The position numbers and the translations under genes were made by a program. From the NCBI RefSeq assembly GCF_006345805.1, contig NC_043002.1, positions 102,052,001-102,116,000 of the forward strand: DNA of 64,000 bases, written 5' to 3'. The notes below the pieces were generated by a model that worked only from the letters and a program-made list of their open reading frames with translations, was not told the origin of the DNA and did no database searches. Below, one piece after another: positions 12,501 through 25,668 of this stretch (the stretch's first letter is position 1; the number at the start of each line of letters is the position of its first letter). Source of the stretch: Octopus sinensis (Eukaryota).

Positions 12501-13229
12501 ACATTTGCAAATATAAGTGTTGTATGGTTCTGCTGGCGAGATAGAATAATTAGTCAATGTGTAGGCTGAGTGTGCTGCAGTGGTTGCCGGGCTTCAGCGA
12601 GATTGATGGAGACATTGTTTCATTAATAAGGTCACTGGGATTTGGATTGATCATTAATAATAAATGAATATTAATAAAGGGGAACATTGATATTGTTAAG
12701 AGGAGGAAAGCGTAATTCTAGATATTGGAGAGGAAATGCATTGTACTACATATCTGTATTGATCTGTAGAGATGAGTATCAATTGGTGGCATTCCGATTT
12801 AGAACAGCAATATTGTTGGGTTCTGGTTTTCGAACAAATCGAAGTCCAATCTGCATTACACTAATGCGAACACAACTGAAATACTGAGTCGAACGTAAAT
12901 CTCAAAATATGCAACCACCCTCTGCACACAAAATAAGTTAACGATATCGAATTGAATCCACCGCGGACATTAAGAAGAACTCATTAAGCAATCAGACTAC
13001 GGACATGATTTTATAGGTGTCGGTATGGCATTTCTTTCCACGGATAAACCTAATTTTGCTTTTTACATTTTTAACATTGTCTATGATACTGAATTCATCT
13101 TGACCTTTTTTTAATGATCCCTTTTGATCGGAACATTATTTTTCTCCTTTTTATCTATTCTCGAAAAGGAAAGCTCTACATTGTATTTTGTCCCCTCTGT
13201 GTTCGACCCCGTGTGGCTAGTAAAGAAAC

Positions 13230-13249
13230 TTTATCTATCTCTCTATCTC

Positions 13250-13306
<57 letters not shown>

Positions 13307-13311
13307 TCATC

Positions 13312-13342
<31 letters not shown>

Positions 13343-13382
13343 CTATATATCTATCTATCTCTCACTCTCTCTCTCTCTCTCT

Positions 13383-13445
<63 letters not shown>

Positions 13446-13510
13446 AATAACATATAAATATATGCATATATACATACATATATGTACATACCTACATCTA
13501 TATGTATATA
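13230..13510. repeat. Compound (ATCT)n/(CT)n/(AT)n/(ATT)n microsatellite
   Basis: Visible directly in the sequence. Confidence 0.95.
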
Positions 13511-14029
13511 TATATACCTGCATATATGGGTACAGGACATCACAGAGAACAAAAACGTTGAACAGAATGAGAAACGAAAATATAAAAACAAAAACATAGA
13601 AACGAACTTTTTTCGAACAACGAAAAAAAAAAAATAAACAGAGAAACGAGAATAAAGAATATTCCCCTTCTTCAGTTGTCCCTGTTTCATCTACTCCGCG
13701 TTCGAAGGTGAGGACAAGACGAGACTTCGTTGAAACACTCGTCCAATAACGTCGTGGGGCGCTGTGCCTTGCCCCGATTTGTGACTGAACAAACTGGAAA
13801 GAATCCTTTTCCTCTTTTTATGGAAGGTAGGAAGGCCACTTGTGAAGCGCTCCGTCTACTGCCAAAAACCGCTAAGGTTCTGGGGTCTCAATGTATTAAG
13901 AATGCTTTTCTGTTTGGTATATAGATCACATATAGCTTTCTCCTTATATTTGGACACAAACGATTACGTACAGACACAAAGCACAAATACTCAAGGACAG
14001 ACACACTACATATATTCATATGTACATAC

Positions 14030-14059
14030 ACACTCGCACACGCACACCCACATACGTAC

Positions 14060-14090
<31 letters not shown>

Positions 14091-14336
14091 TGTATGTATG
14101 TATGTATGTATGTATGTATGTATGTGTGTGTGTGTGTGTGTATGTGTATGTATGTATGCACACATACTCATGTACTTATACGGATATGTATGAAAAATAT
14201 ATCTTCGTGTATATATTTATGTGTTTGTACGTGCATGTGTGTATTTATATATGTATCTGTATATACATATGTATATATGTTACCTATATAGTTGTGCATA
14301 TATATATATATGTATATATGTATGTATATATGTATG

Positions 14337-14370
<34 letters not shown>

Positions 14371-14506
14371 CATACATACATATATTTATATATATGCAGA
14401 TGTATATGTATGTGTGTGTATATATACATATATATATATATATATCTATATATACGTATATGTATATGTAAATGTATGTAATATGCAATACGTACATATA
14501 TATCTA

Positions 14507-14559
<53 letters not shown>

Positions 14560-14563
14560 CTCT

Positions 14564-14629
<66 letters not shown>

Positions 14630-14660
14630 ATGTGTATGTGTGTGTGTGTGTGTGTATGCG
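14030..14660. repeat. Compound (ATGT)n/(AT)n/(ATCT)n/(GT)n microsatellite
   Basis: Visible directly in the sequence. Confidence 0.95.
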
Positions 14661-14876
14661 TATGAATGTTTGTCTTTGTGTCTCCGTCTGGGTTCTGGGT
14701 ATATTTAGTAAATCTCAACTACTCAACTATGTCCGAAATATAAGCCTGTCTATGTCGATATTCTGAATGCTATCTGCAGTATTCCCAATATGAATTCAGA
14801 GATACACGCATACACACAGATATATATATATATATATACCTACACATAGACCCTCGCACACACACAAACATACACA

Positions 14877-14924
<48 letters not shown>

Positions 14925-15084
14925 GTGTCCACATGCACTCATACACGCATCCGCTTCTTTATTGTATATATTTATTTCTAACAAGATAATTCTAGCGTTA
15001 GCAGCATTGATGAACACCATATATATTTATCTGTGGTAAATATATATGGTGTATGTGTGTATTCTTTTATATCTTTATTCTTTT

Positions 15085-15303
15085 ATTTTGTTAAAGTAAT
15101 TTGACCCCGATCATGCTGGAGCGTCGCGCTAAAGGGATTTAGTTGAAGAAATTGACCCCATATAGCTTATGCTGTGAAAGCCTGTACTTATTCTATCGGA
15201 GTGTATTGTTGAACCGCTAGGTTACAGGCTCATAAATACACTAGCAACGGTTGTTACGCGTTGGTGAGGGTACAAACACACACAAATAAATAATGCATGC
15301 ATA

Positions 15304-15352
<49 letters not shown>

Positions 15353-15455
15353 TTGGTCTCTTTCAGTCTTCGTCTACCACATCTGCTTACAAGGTGTCAA
15401 GAGTGCCATGCAGTAGAACTGAACGCAAAACCATGTGGTTGGCAATCTTATTATT
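15085..15455 (-). mobile_element. SINE family A (degenerate) with internal (GT)n
   Basis: Same motif order as 25259-25668 (catgctggagc...gtacttattctatcgg...ttcagtcttcgtctacca...accatgtggttgg). Confidence 0.75.
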
Positions 15456-15929
15456 TCATAAATTGGTCATGGAAACCGTACATAGATGGGACAAACGAAG
15501 ACAGATAAACCTAGAGGGTGAAAAACTTGTTTATTACGAATTAAATAGTTTCGAATGATAAAACATAAACGTTATTCTATTAAAAATTATATCTTTTTTT
15601 TTCCTTTTAAAAAATTTGATATGAGCTTGATGAGTGTTGCAAATGTTGCAATATGTGACTGAAGGAACCTCCAGTTTCGAACATGTACTTTTCCTTCTGG
15701 CTCCACTTACCTTGTACCAGTCACTCGTAGCTTGTTCACTACTTGCTTCCGTGTTTTTGCAAACATATCCTGTGACAGGTATCGCATTTCCATCCTGATC
15801 TTACTATCGAGGTGGTAACTAAAGAAGTTAGCCAACCTCTGGCCGGAAATGAATTTTTTTCAGTATGGTTAATACACAGAAAAACAACAAGCCTTCCTTT
15901 ACCTTTTAAAGTAAGGAGGTAGCACAATC

Positions 15930-16480
15930 TTCACTAACTGGATTCAGTCGATAGCTGTACTCTTCCCATCGTGAACAACAGTAACTCGACAAAAGCTATC
16001 AGTCCGATAATTCAGGACACTCCACGAAGGTGTGTAAGACATTTCTCTGTCCCGCCTGCACCTTGGGCATGTCGGCGAGACGGCACTTCCGTGCCTTGAC
16101 AGCTTGTTTTGATCATGCAAAGGCGAATGGTAGCACTGCCAAGCCAGGGATATCTGGTAATTATCCAGATATCCCGGCCCGAAAGTTCTCCTGAACAGGT
16201 TGATCAACTGATTTCCATTGAAGCCCAGGGTCTCCCCCAGGACATCGTCTGACATAAATTCCACTAACCCGCTATAGAAATCCGCAGTGGTGATATGGCT
16301 TGAAACTGAATGGAATTTGATCAAGATATCGCACAGATATCATTTGGTGTCTTTGGGTAAATCCAGGATCATCAAACAAGTGAAGGAAAGTCTCATGCCT
16401 TCTAGTGTTCTGTAATTTGCATGAATATCAGCCACGGTCACTGCTGTGGTGGACCCGCGCCTGTTGCAGAAAATACTTCA
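15930..16480 (-). mobile_element. Tx1/L1-clade LINE ORF2 3' fragment (zinc-knuckle / zf-RVT region)
   Basis: LDNYQISLAWQCYH...NKLSRHGSAVSPTCPRCRRDRE (ORF 15944-16324), with frameshifts and stops. Confidence 0.75.
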
Positions 16481-17564
16481 CAAGACTATACTCTTTTAAG
16501 GTTTTGGTTTGTTAGTGAATAGTTGAACTGTAAATGGATGAAAGCATCATCGGTTCTATCTGAGTGTCTGTACACGCTTGAAAGATTTCTGAAATTCATT
16601 GTTAATATGGAGATGTACTCGCATAGCAAGTAATTTTGATCTGAGATCGTGTGCTGAAACGAAAACAATTGCAGCGTGGAAGGTGTTTGTAAGTCATTTA
16701 AGAAACACACACAAGCCGTTCGATTCACTTCAACATTTAAGTTTAATTTGTCAAAATATTTTCGTCGCTAAAATCCGCGACCTGTTCATTGACAAAAATC
16801 CGTGCTGCATCTGCATGTGTATTGTTAATATGATAAATCCGAAATGCATCTCGGTTGTGTATCTTCTGAAAGTATTTCCATAGTCATTGCTCTCACGTAT
16901 TCCTGGTTTAGTACTCTTTCTGAAGACCTTGAAGCGGGTCACCCGCTCTCTTTGTTTCCATTCAGCTTCGTGTTTGTCATAAATCCTATTCTAATAGATT
17001 ATTTCCTTGAACGTCTGCTCTCAGGTGTCAACTTCGTCTTGCTTTCCTCTAGGTTAAGTTATTCTTTTCTTTCAGCTTTTTTTCAATCGCATTCTTTCGA
17101 ATTTGTAGGTCCTTTCATTTATTTCTTTGCAGTTCCTAATTCTACAATTGCCCCAAGGCCCGCTTGGGAAGAATTTATATAAGAAAATACAGATTCAGGC
17201 AATTAACACACACACATATACATACACACGCACACACACATATATATATATATACCTGTATATACATTCATGCATCTATACACACACACATGCACACGCA
17301 TAGACATCTGTATACATGTGTTAGTATTGAAAAGAGAATCTATTCAATGTGACTTGCACAATACTAGTCCATATTCCCTCAAAAATTTAATATTTGCAGA
17401 TTGCATTTAGTAAAATGTATCAATCTTATTTTAATTGATCGCGGTCCAAATTTTATCAAAATAAAGATGGATATGCAGGTTAGATCAAGTCGCTGATATC
17501 TAATCAAAATTATTTTCAGCTAGACACTGTTGATAGTGTAAGGTCTGTATACATATATCATACA

Positions 17565-17589
17565 TACACACAGATATAGATATACAGAC

Positions 17590-17678
<89 letters not shown>

Positions 17679-17733
17679 TATATGTATATGTATATGCATA
17701 TATATATGTATATGTATATATATATGTATATGT

Positions 17734-17783
<50 letters not shown>

Positions 17784-17979
17784 GTATGTATATATATATA
17801 TATATGTATATGTGTATATATGCATATATATATATAAGTATATATATATGTATATATATATATAAGTATATATATATATATGTATATGTATATATATATA
17901 TGTATATATATATATATGTATGTATATATATGTATATATATATGTATATATATGTATATATATATGTATATATATATGA

Positions 17980-18024
<45 letters not shown>

Positions 18025-18052
18025 CAGACAGACAGACATACAGACAGACAGA
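17565..18052. repeat. Long (AT)n/(ATATGT)n microsatellite ending in (GA)n/(GACA)n
   Basis: Visible directly in the sequence. Confidence 0.95.
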
Positions 18053-18469
18053 TGGTGAGATGCCGGAAATGTGTGTGAGAAAATGACGACACGTTACTAA
18101 ATATGGTCTAATTATAACAGTTCGACATGGACATTTTGATCATTGCTTTGTCCTCAATGGTGATATTGAGATTACAGTTATAAATTTCATTGATATCACA
18201 GACAGTCTTCTATCGATTTAGTAATCTCGTTAAGAAATGAAAATAAGAGACAATTATTGTTTAGTTAATTGGATAAATGGTTGAATGGAGCACGTGCAAA
18301 AGGAACTTATATTCTAATATAGTTGTTGAAATAATGGAGAAGAGAAATGACACGCTGCTACATTTTTTCTTTTGTTTCATATATTCTCGAAGATATATCA
18401 AGGAATATTATTAACACATTGATTGTCAAATGACTTGCAAGCTCAGGTAAATTACCTTTGCAATTTGGA

Positions 18470-19110
18470 TGTTATATATGAAGACCTAACGTAAGCCCTG
18501 AAGAACGTCAGCCGTGGGATAGTCTCTCACAGACTTTTAGAAGAGGCTGATGTCATGAACATGCAGCCAGCGTTGCAAGACCTAAGGAAACACCGTTTTT
18601 GTGCGAACTCCTACAGAGAATCGATTTGTACATTTTTGATCTTCGTGGTTGCCGTATTATCTTTGCCCTCAACTATACAAACAGCCCAATTTACACTCCG
18701 TGCTGATGATACACGATTATCTCGGGCAACTGAAAACTCTGGTGATGCTGCAAACCCTCCGCAAAATCCTTACTCCACAAATCGGCCGAAGGAAATAACA
18801 TGCAAACCAATTCATGAAAAGTTCAAGTTCTTTGCAGGCAACCTACAATCACTGAGCTGCTTAACAGAAGGAAGGAACATTTACAGAAGGACATTTAAAT
18901 ATCTACGTAGAATTTTAATTAAGCAGGCACCGCAAAAATTGAGGGTGTCTAGGTTTATAACTGTAAATATAAGATCTACTTTGCCTACATCCGTATTTAT
19001 TGTAATTGTCTTGGATATACACTCGGTAAAATATACATAATCAAACGAAACCAAAGAATGATTTACCGAGCGCATGAAAAAGGTTTGGATTACTTACCTT
19101 AAATAATCTT
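18470..19110 (+). mobile_element. CR1/L2-like LINE reverse transcriptase remnant
   Basis: AQFTLRADDTRL (YADD-like motif)...DAAN.PQN...NNMQTN..EKFKF and MIYRA..K pieces, heavily frameshifted. Confidence 0.6.
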
Positions 19111-19266
19111 ATTACCTCTTACAATTGGATGCATTAAGCATAACTTGCATTATACTCCAGGTTGTGACAAACCGCATCAAGTCGTGCTCGAAGGTTCGCA
19201 CCTGGATACTTTTTCGCTACCTATTCATGATACGCACAGACACACGCGCACACATAAACATATGTT

Positions 19267-19319
<53 letters not shown>

Positions 19320-19399
19320 CAAAGGAATAATAACATACGATGGATAATTATCAGCCCAGTACAGTTGTTTCTTATGTGACCCTTTAATAGAAGAATGAG

Positions 19400-20400
19400 A
19401 ACTTTACTCCATTACAAAAGACCATAAGCATCAGATGAGAAGTAATTTCAGAAAATATAAGAAAATCCCAAGAATACACCAGGGATATGGTTAGAGTCTG
19501 TCGAGGCTAGCTATGAAATGGTAGAATGACCAACTAACTCTGCTGGCCGTTTAGGCTGAGAATGTAGTTCTTGAAAGTGTGTAATATGATATCTAAGGTC
19601 AGTGACTCGGGTGAGAAGGAGTCTGCTAGACTGGATGGTAGGTAGACTGGAATGAGGTGTAGGAGATAATCTATTATAGTGGCCTTAGATCAGAAGGAAG
19701 TAAGGAGAGGTCATAAATCAATTAATGAAATAAATAAAACGGAAGGGTGAAGGAAAAATAAAATTATAAAAATAACAATATACAAGCCAAGCAGGTATAG
19801 GTTCGAGTAATAGGAAATTGTAGTTAATGGTAAATGACCAGGGTTGGGGGACAGAGATACACAGAAGTTTAGGGATATTCAGTGGATATTAGTTGAAAAT
19901 AGTGCGGGAGGGTACGAAAGGCATGAAATAATAAGATCTAACGTTTAAGGAGAAGATACAGTAGAGTGCTACCTATCAATAACTTTAAAGAATTTAAAGA
20001 AAGATAGGGTTATATAATGAACTATAGGCACTACGGTGTTAGAAGAAATAACAAATCGGAAATGAAGGAAAGCCAGCAGTAAGGAATAGTCTAAAGATTA
20101 GCAATATGGAATGTGAAACGAGTAGTGATGATATAAATATTGGATGGCGCTAAGTACTCATAGCGTTGGTTTCTTCTGTGTATACAAACGAAATATCCAT
20201 TCTGATATTTCGACTCTGACCAACAATAGCCCGGAACCACGAAATTTCTAGGACATGTATAGAGAAAGCTGTATCAGGGATATAAAGGACATCCCTTCAT
20301 CAAAGACGATATGAGAAAGTTAAAACAGAAGGAAATAGCAGAGTTGAATATAAGAGTTCATTTGGGGGAGATTGAGACATAGCAATTATAAAAGAAAATA
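19400..20400 (-). mobile_element. Old L1/Tx1-like RT remnant
   Basis: Degenerate KGCPLYP (cf. QGCPLSP) and SFVYTEET (cf. YADD) motifs on the minus strand, with many stops. Confidence 0.35.
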
Positions 20401-20978
20401 TGAGAATAAATATATATATAGGAAGTTAACTCCTATATCTCTCACTCTTCAAAATGTCTTCTTATATTGAACAATATCTCTCTCATGTCGTAGCTGATGA
20501 TGAGATATCCTTTATATCCCACCTGTAAAAATATCTCTCTATAAATGTTCTAGAAATTTACACTGCTTTGGCTTTGTTGTCTCATGTATTCAACATATAC
20601 ACACATTAGTTCCCCAATCATAGTTTTATCGAACCGGGTGTCTAACAGCAGTCTTTCCGTAGCACTTACATAGCCTTACCTGCATTTTGGTTCCTCTGGA
20701 TACCAACACCTTTCATATTATATATTTATAAATATTTTGAAGTAACTATTTCCTACATTACACCTTTACTTCAAACAATCTCCGAAATATAGGCATTGAA
20801 GAAGTATGATGTCTTCACAATATCAAATGGAATGTACATTGCCGCAGAGAAGTTTTTGCATTTACGAATTGTTATGCATTTTCAGAAAAAAGTTAATTAT
20901 CCTTTTCAATACATTTAAGGTAATAAAGATTTGGCTGATACATTTAAAGAGACCTGTGCATAGTATGATATAGTATGA

Positions 20979-21356
20979 GCACTCCGTCGGTTGCGACGAT
21001 GAGGGTCCCAGCTGATACGATCAACGGAACAGCTTGCTCGTGAAATTAACGTGCAAGTGGCTGAGCACTCCACAGACACGTGTACCCTTAACGTAGTTCT
21101 CGGGGATATTCAGCGTGACACACAGAATGTGACAAGGCTGTCCCTTTGAAATACAGGTACAAGAGAAACAGGAAGAAAGAGCGAGAGAAAGTTGTGGTGA
21201 AAGAGTACAGCAGGGATCACCACCCCCTGCCGGAGCCTCGTGGAGCTTTAGGTGTTTTCGCTCAATAAACACTCACAATGCCCGGTCTGGGAATCGAAAC
21301 CGCGATCCTCCGACCGCGAGTCCGCTGCCCTAACCACTGGGCCATTGCGCCTCCAC
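20979..21356 (-). mobile_element. Young tRNA-derived SINE, family B
   Basis: The minus strand begins gtggaggcgcaatggcccagtggttagggcagcggactcgcggtcggaggatcgcggtttcgattccc, with Pol III A box TGGCCCAGTGG and B box GGTTTCGATTCC. CpGs are retained. It resembles the octopus tRNA-Arg-type SINEs (recollection). Confidence 0.85.
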
Positions 21357-22664
21357 TAACCGAATGATATAATCTTCGGTGAAAACCCATTGCTTTAGGA
21401 GCAAAATGCCTTGTTCTGTTGGGTCGCATACATTCCTCTCCACCCAGAATATTATGCACCGGACATTTTTGTATTAGAAATCTGTAATTATTAACTCTAC
21501 TGGGCATTTTGTTTTTATGTAGTAACATATCTAGGGTTATTCCCGCACTCTCGGTGACTGCTCAAATTTATCATTCACATGTCAAACCCAACCACTAGAA
21601 TTTGTTAATATTTATCCTTTTTTTGCCAACCACTTCGTGTTTGTATCATCGACTTATTTTGTTGTTTTCCTTTGGATGAAGTCTCAAAGCCTTAGTTCAT
21701 TCAACTGAAGCTTTATTTTGTACTTTATTGATGCCAGTGTTTGTTTGATTGGAAATATGTAATTGGAAAATAAACATCACTAAATTTGCTGTTCAATATT
21801 TTATCAGGAAATACGCGTCAAAAGAACGTAGATTCATTTCCTGGATGAGCATCTATGATTCATAGATGACGACTTATTTATAAAGTTGAGTCGCTAACGT
21901 GACTGCTCTCTTTACTTGTTACTCATTGAGGAAATGTTCTAATCCGCTGTAAGATCACCTGTCATTTGGAGCCGATATATATTATATGTAAAACAATAAG
22001 AAACCATTTTCACTTTTGTTTGTTTAACTATCAATAGCATATACTAGATTTTATTGGGGCAAAGATGGATATACCACTTTTCATTCAGTATCAATCAAGT
22101 GATATCATTTATCTTTAGAGGGCCTTCGATTTCAGTTCAGTAATATATATGCTGCTCAGCTATATCCATTAATACATCTAAGGACAGCAAAATATGACGA
22201 GAGAACATGACAGATTTTGTTTTTCCCACTCGCTTTACAATTAACTGCTCACTAAATCATGAGATATAGTATCTTACATCTACGCGTCACTCAGTTCCTC
22301 TCCCTGATCGAAGAACGTCAGTGAGACTGCAAATTGTGAAATCACGATGCTATCTTTGGATATATCCAGCTGGTGATATACGGCAAAGTTCCGGCGAAAT
22401 GCTAGATATGTCAGGCTATTGACTCAGTAGTTGTTATAGTCCACATATAAATGTGAGCTTCTTAATTGCTACTCAATGCATTTTTCTAATCCGATATTAA
22501 TAAAATGATTTATTGCTAAAAGGTAATAGAATCTTAGAGCTTTAAATTTCCAGAGATTTATGTTTATAGCCTGCGAAATATTTCTGAAAATAAATCATTT
22601 CGTAAAACAAAATAATAATAAATAGAAAAGTAGGATCAAACATCAATTGTGGTTTTAATATTAG

Positions 22665-22800
22665 AATGCCATTCACAGAGTTTTGGAAAATATATCTTAC
22701 TGATGGAACTAAGCCAGCTGACGGCGTTTTAATTAGGGTTTTCATTCCTGTCGTTCCTTGGTTGTTTAGCAACAACACCAACAGAGATCACAGCTTGGAG
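22665..22800 (+). CDS. Candidate 136-nt exon of an unidentified gene
   Basis: Acceptor ttttaatattag, donor GAG/gtattt. Open frame MPFTEFWKIYLTDGTKPADGVLIRVFIPVVPWLFSNNTNRDHSLE has protein-like composition. Confidence 0.3.
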
Positions 22801-23087
22801 GTATTTTTAATGCAATTCGTTTTATTAGCATGATTATCTCTTCGTTGGTGTTTTGTTTATATCCAGGCATAGAATGAGAGATTCAGGAAGACTTTTCTTT
22901 TTCCGAAGCGATATACATAATAATAATGTACATAAAAGATAAAACAATCTGAAACAAAATGAAGAAGAAAAGATTACAAAGCAACAAAGTACAGCAAACA
23001 CCAATAAACAAGACCACTTCTGACTACTGCGAAACATGTTAAGTTCCACGCATAAAAATGGGGGAAGAAATTAAAAATATTCAACCG

Positions 23088-23149
<62 letters not shown>

Positions 23150-23183
23150 TATTACTATTATTACTATTATTATTATTAATAGT

Positions 23184-23412
23184 ATTAGTATTATTGCCCC
23201 AAACCAGTACAGGTTGTGGTGAAACAACCAGGTAGCGAAAATACTAAACTGGAATCTGTGCGAAAAGTGGTGCTTAGAGAGGGTCAAGACGTGGTATGAG
23301 TACAAACCAGAGAGGGTAACAAAATCATTTGGGATTTTCCTATCCAAATTAATCAAGTGTTAGGGCATAACAGACCGGACCTAGTGTTAGTGGACAAGGT
23401 GCACCACATATG
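23184..23412 (+). mobile_element. R4/Dong-clade RLE fragment adjacent to (TTA)n
   Basis: HNQVAKILNWNLCEKW...WYEYKPERV...IIWDFPIQ....GHNRPDLVLVDK (PD-(D/E)xK RLE motif). Confidence 0.8.
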
Positions 23413-23759
23413 CTATATACGAATATAGAAGAAGGAAGGCGAAAACATATGTAGATACAACCCACTTAAGTAGGAAAAGGCCTGGATTGTAATTATCATC
23501 ATCATCATTATCATCTTCGTTGTCGTCGCCGTCGTTGTTGTTGTTGTTATTATTAATTCTTTTTATCACTGGTTTTGCTGGAACCTCTGGAGACTTGCAT
23601 GTGTAACGGACTTGATGACTGCAACCTACGGTACCATGCTATCTGTTCTTTTCAACTATCTATTACATTCTTGATTATTCTGGCCGTTATTTATTTGTCC
23701 AGGTGTTTGCCAGTTCTGGTCGGATGGCACTCTTTCAACTGAGACTCATGGAGAGTTTC

Positions 23760-24214
23760 TCTCTTCGTCAGGTTCTTCATTTCCTTGTGTTATATTTCGG
23801 TCACTTTCCGTTGCGTGCTTGAGTCATTAAATTTTGAAGATATCCTTCCTAAAATTTGGCAACTTATTTTCGCGCAAATATAGTCTGCTGTCGTGATTTC
23901 GTGTTCTCCATATTTGATAAGAGAGTGCAGTGTGTTTCGCTTCAGATGGTCAGCCTAATTCATAGTAATAAGCGTATATTATTTCTTTATATTGTTCTCG
24001 AGTCCATTTGGTCCTCTTATAATTTCTTTCTGTGGTGGTGGACTTGGAGGGCTCGAGTTGGGGCAGTTATCGTTCATGTGCCCATCCAGGTTCGTATTGA
24101 GAGAATACCTTGTGCCAGTGGATGACTTTTTGACCCCAGGCTGGCTCTCTCCTGGCGGACGCGCTTCAAAGTTAGATATTAGGACCAGCGATTTGATGTT
24201 CTATTGTAGTTTTC
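23760..24214 (-). mobile_element. R4/Dong-clade ORF N-terminal fragment
   Basis: YAYYYELG*PSEAKHTALSYQIWRTRNHDSRLYLRENKLPNFRKDIFK resembles the N-terminus of R4/Dong ORFs (recollection). Confidence 0.5.
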
Positions 24215-24627
24215 GGATATTTTCGGTTTGAACGGGAGTTTTTAACATAATTTCTAGAAAACTAAAAAAATTCGAACTTCGTATACTGGTAGAATGTGTT
24301 TATAAAACATCTTTTTCTCTTGGCTGTATTGAGAAAATTCTATAGTTTGCAAGATATTTGTTGTTTTTTTCTTCAATTTCTGCAATTTCAATTTCAGCGA
24401 CGTCTATTGAGGTAAAAAAACATCATGTGCCGTATGAATATGTCCCTCGTTTAAGAAACAGATTGGGTTTATTTACATTTGTGAAGAAAGAAAGATATCC
24501 TTCCCCCACCCCTAATCCTAACCCTAAAACAGATTGAAATGCAATAGATCGATACTAGGGTCATTATTATGGGTGACAATTTCATATGACACCGCTAGAA
24601 AAACTGCCGTTCAACCCGAAAAGATCC
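24215..24627. mobile_element. MITE with 28-bp TIRs (GG...CC) and 8-bp TSD, Merlin-like
   Basis: Left TIR GGATATTTTCGGTTTGAACGGGAGTTTT; right TIR (reverse complement) GGATCTTTTCGGGTTGAACGGCAGTTTT. TAGTTTTC is duplicated at 24207-24214 and 24628-24635. Confidence 0.85.
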
Positions 24628-25258
24628 TAGTTTTCAATTGTATTTCGTTAGACATATTTGTGCTACATAATAATTATTAATATTGAGTTCTGTATTGTAG
24701 CAGATGTAGAGATGATTTTTGCCTCTGCCTATATTGTCGACTCTGCCATAAATACCGTTTCAGTTACTTTAACCTGGCTATCGCAGCATTGCTCATCGTT
24801 AGTTACTACCACTAGTACCTTAATCTGTACCATTGTGGCTAACCTTTGTAGCTATGGGGACAGTTATTTATTTAAATCTTTCTTTGCTACTACTACTGTG
24901 CGCTATTATTAAATGTCGTTTAATTTCAACTTTTGTCTTGTACTTGAGGGGTGAAGGGAATAGTAGGAAGAAGAGAAGCAGATTGATGAATAGACCAAAT
25001 TCCATAGGTCTCAAAATAGATTCGGCAGATGGCGAGGAGATCGGCAGTGGGCATTCATGAGCGATAAGGAGACAAAAGTGGCACCTCACACCCTTTGGGG
25101 CAGCGGATGTCAAGTGTATTTACTACTACTAGCGATCAAGTAGAGCGTTCATCTTGGCCTACAAAAGAAAGAATCCAGCATTTTCTATTTTTAATTACTT
25201 ATAGAAGTAATAATAATAACAACAACAACAATAATAATAATATATATATATATACTCT

Positions 25259-25668
25259 TTACTCTCTCTTTTACTCTTTTACTTGTTTCGGTCATTTGAC
25301 TACGGCCATGCCGGAGCACCGCCTTTAGTCGAGCAAATCGACCCCGGGGCTTATTCTTTGTAAGCCCAGTACTTATTCTATCGGTCTCTTTTTGCCGAAC
25401 CGCTAAGTGACGGGGACATAAACACATTGTCAAGCAATGCTAGGGGGACAAACACAGACACACAAACATACACACACACACACTTATATATATATACATA
25501 TATACGACAGGCTTCTTTCAGTTTCCGTCTACCAAATCCACTCACAAGGCATTGGTCGGCTCGGGGCTATAGCAGAAGACACTTGCCTAAGATGCCACGC
25601 AGTGGAACTGAACCCGGAACCATGTGGTTGGTTAGCAAGCTACTTACCACACAGCCACTCCTGCGCCT
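25259..25668 (-). mobile_element. SINE family A, near full length
   Basis: Minus-strand head ggcgcaggagtggctgtgtggtaagtagcttgct...ggttccgggttcagttcc (tRNA-like A and B boxes), internal (CA)/(AT) tract and (AAAGAGT)-like tail. Confidence 0.9.

Noticed and set aside
13675-13706. 32-nt exon candidate (ttccccttcttcag ... AAG/gtgagg; boundaries approximate)
   Set aside because: The splice sites are good, but all three frames are open, no peptide is recognisable, and nothing links it to other candidates. It is indistinguishable from chance.
16940-17170. Cluster of strong plus-strand splice acceptors
   Set aside because: Better explained as the complement of a purine-rich degraded coding stretch on the minus strand. 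There are no matching donors.
21285-21356. tRNA gene
   Set aside because: The tRNA-like head has no complete acceptor stem and runs directly into a SINE body, so it is a SINE promoter region.
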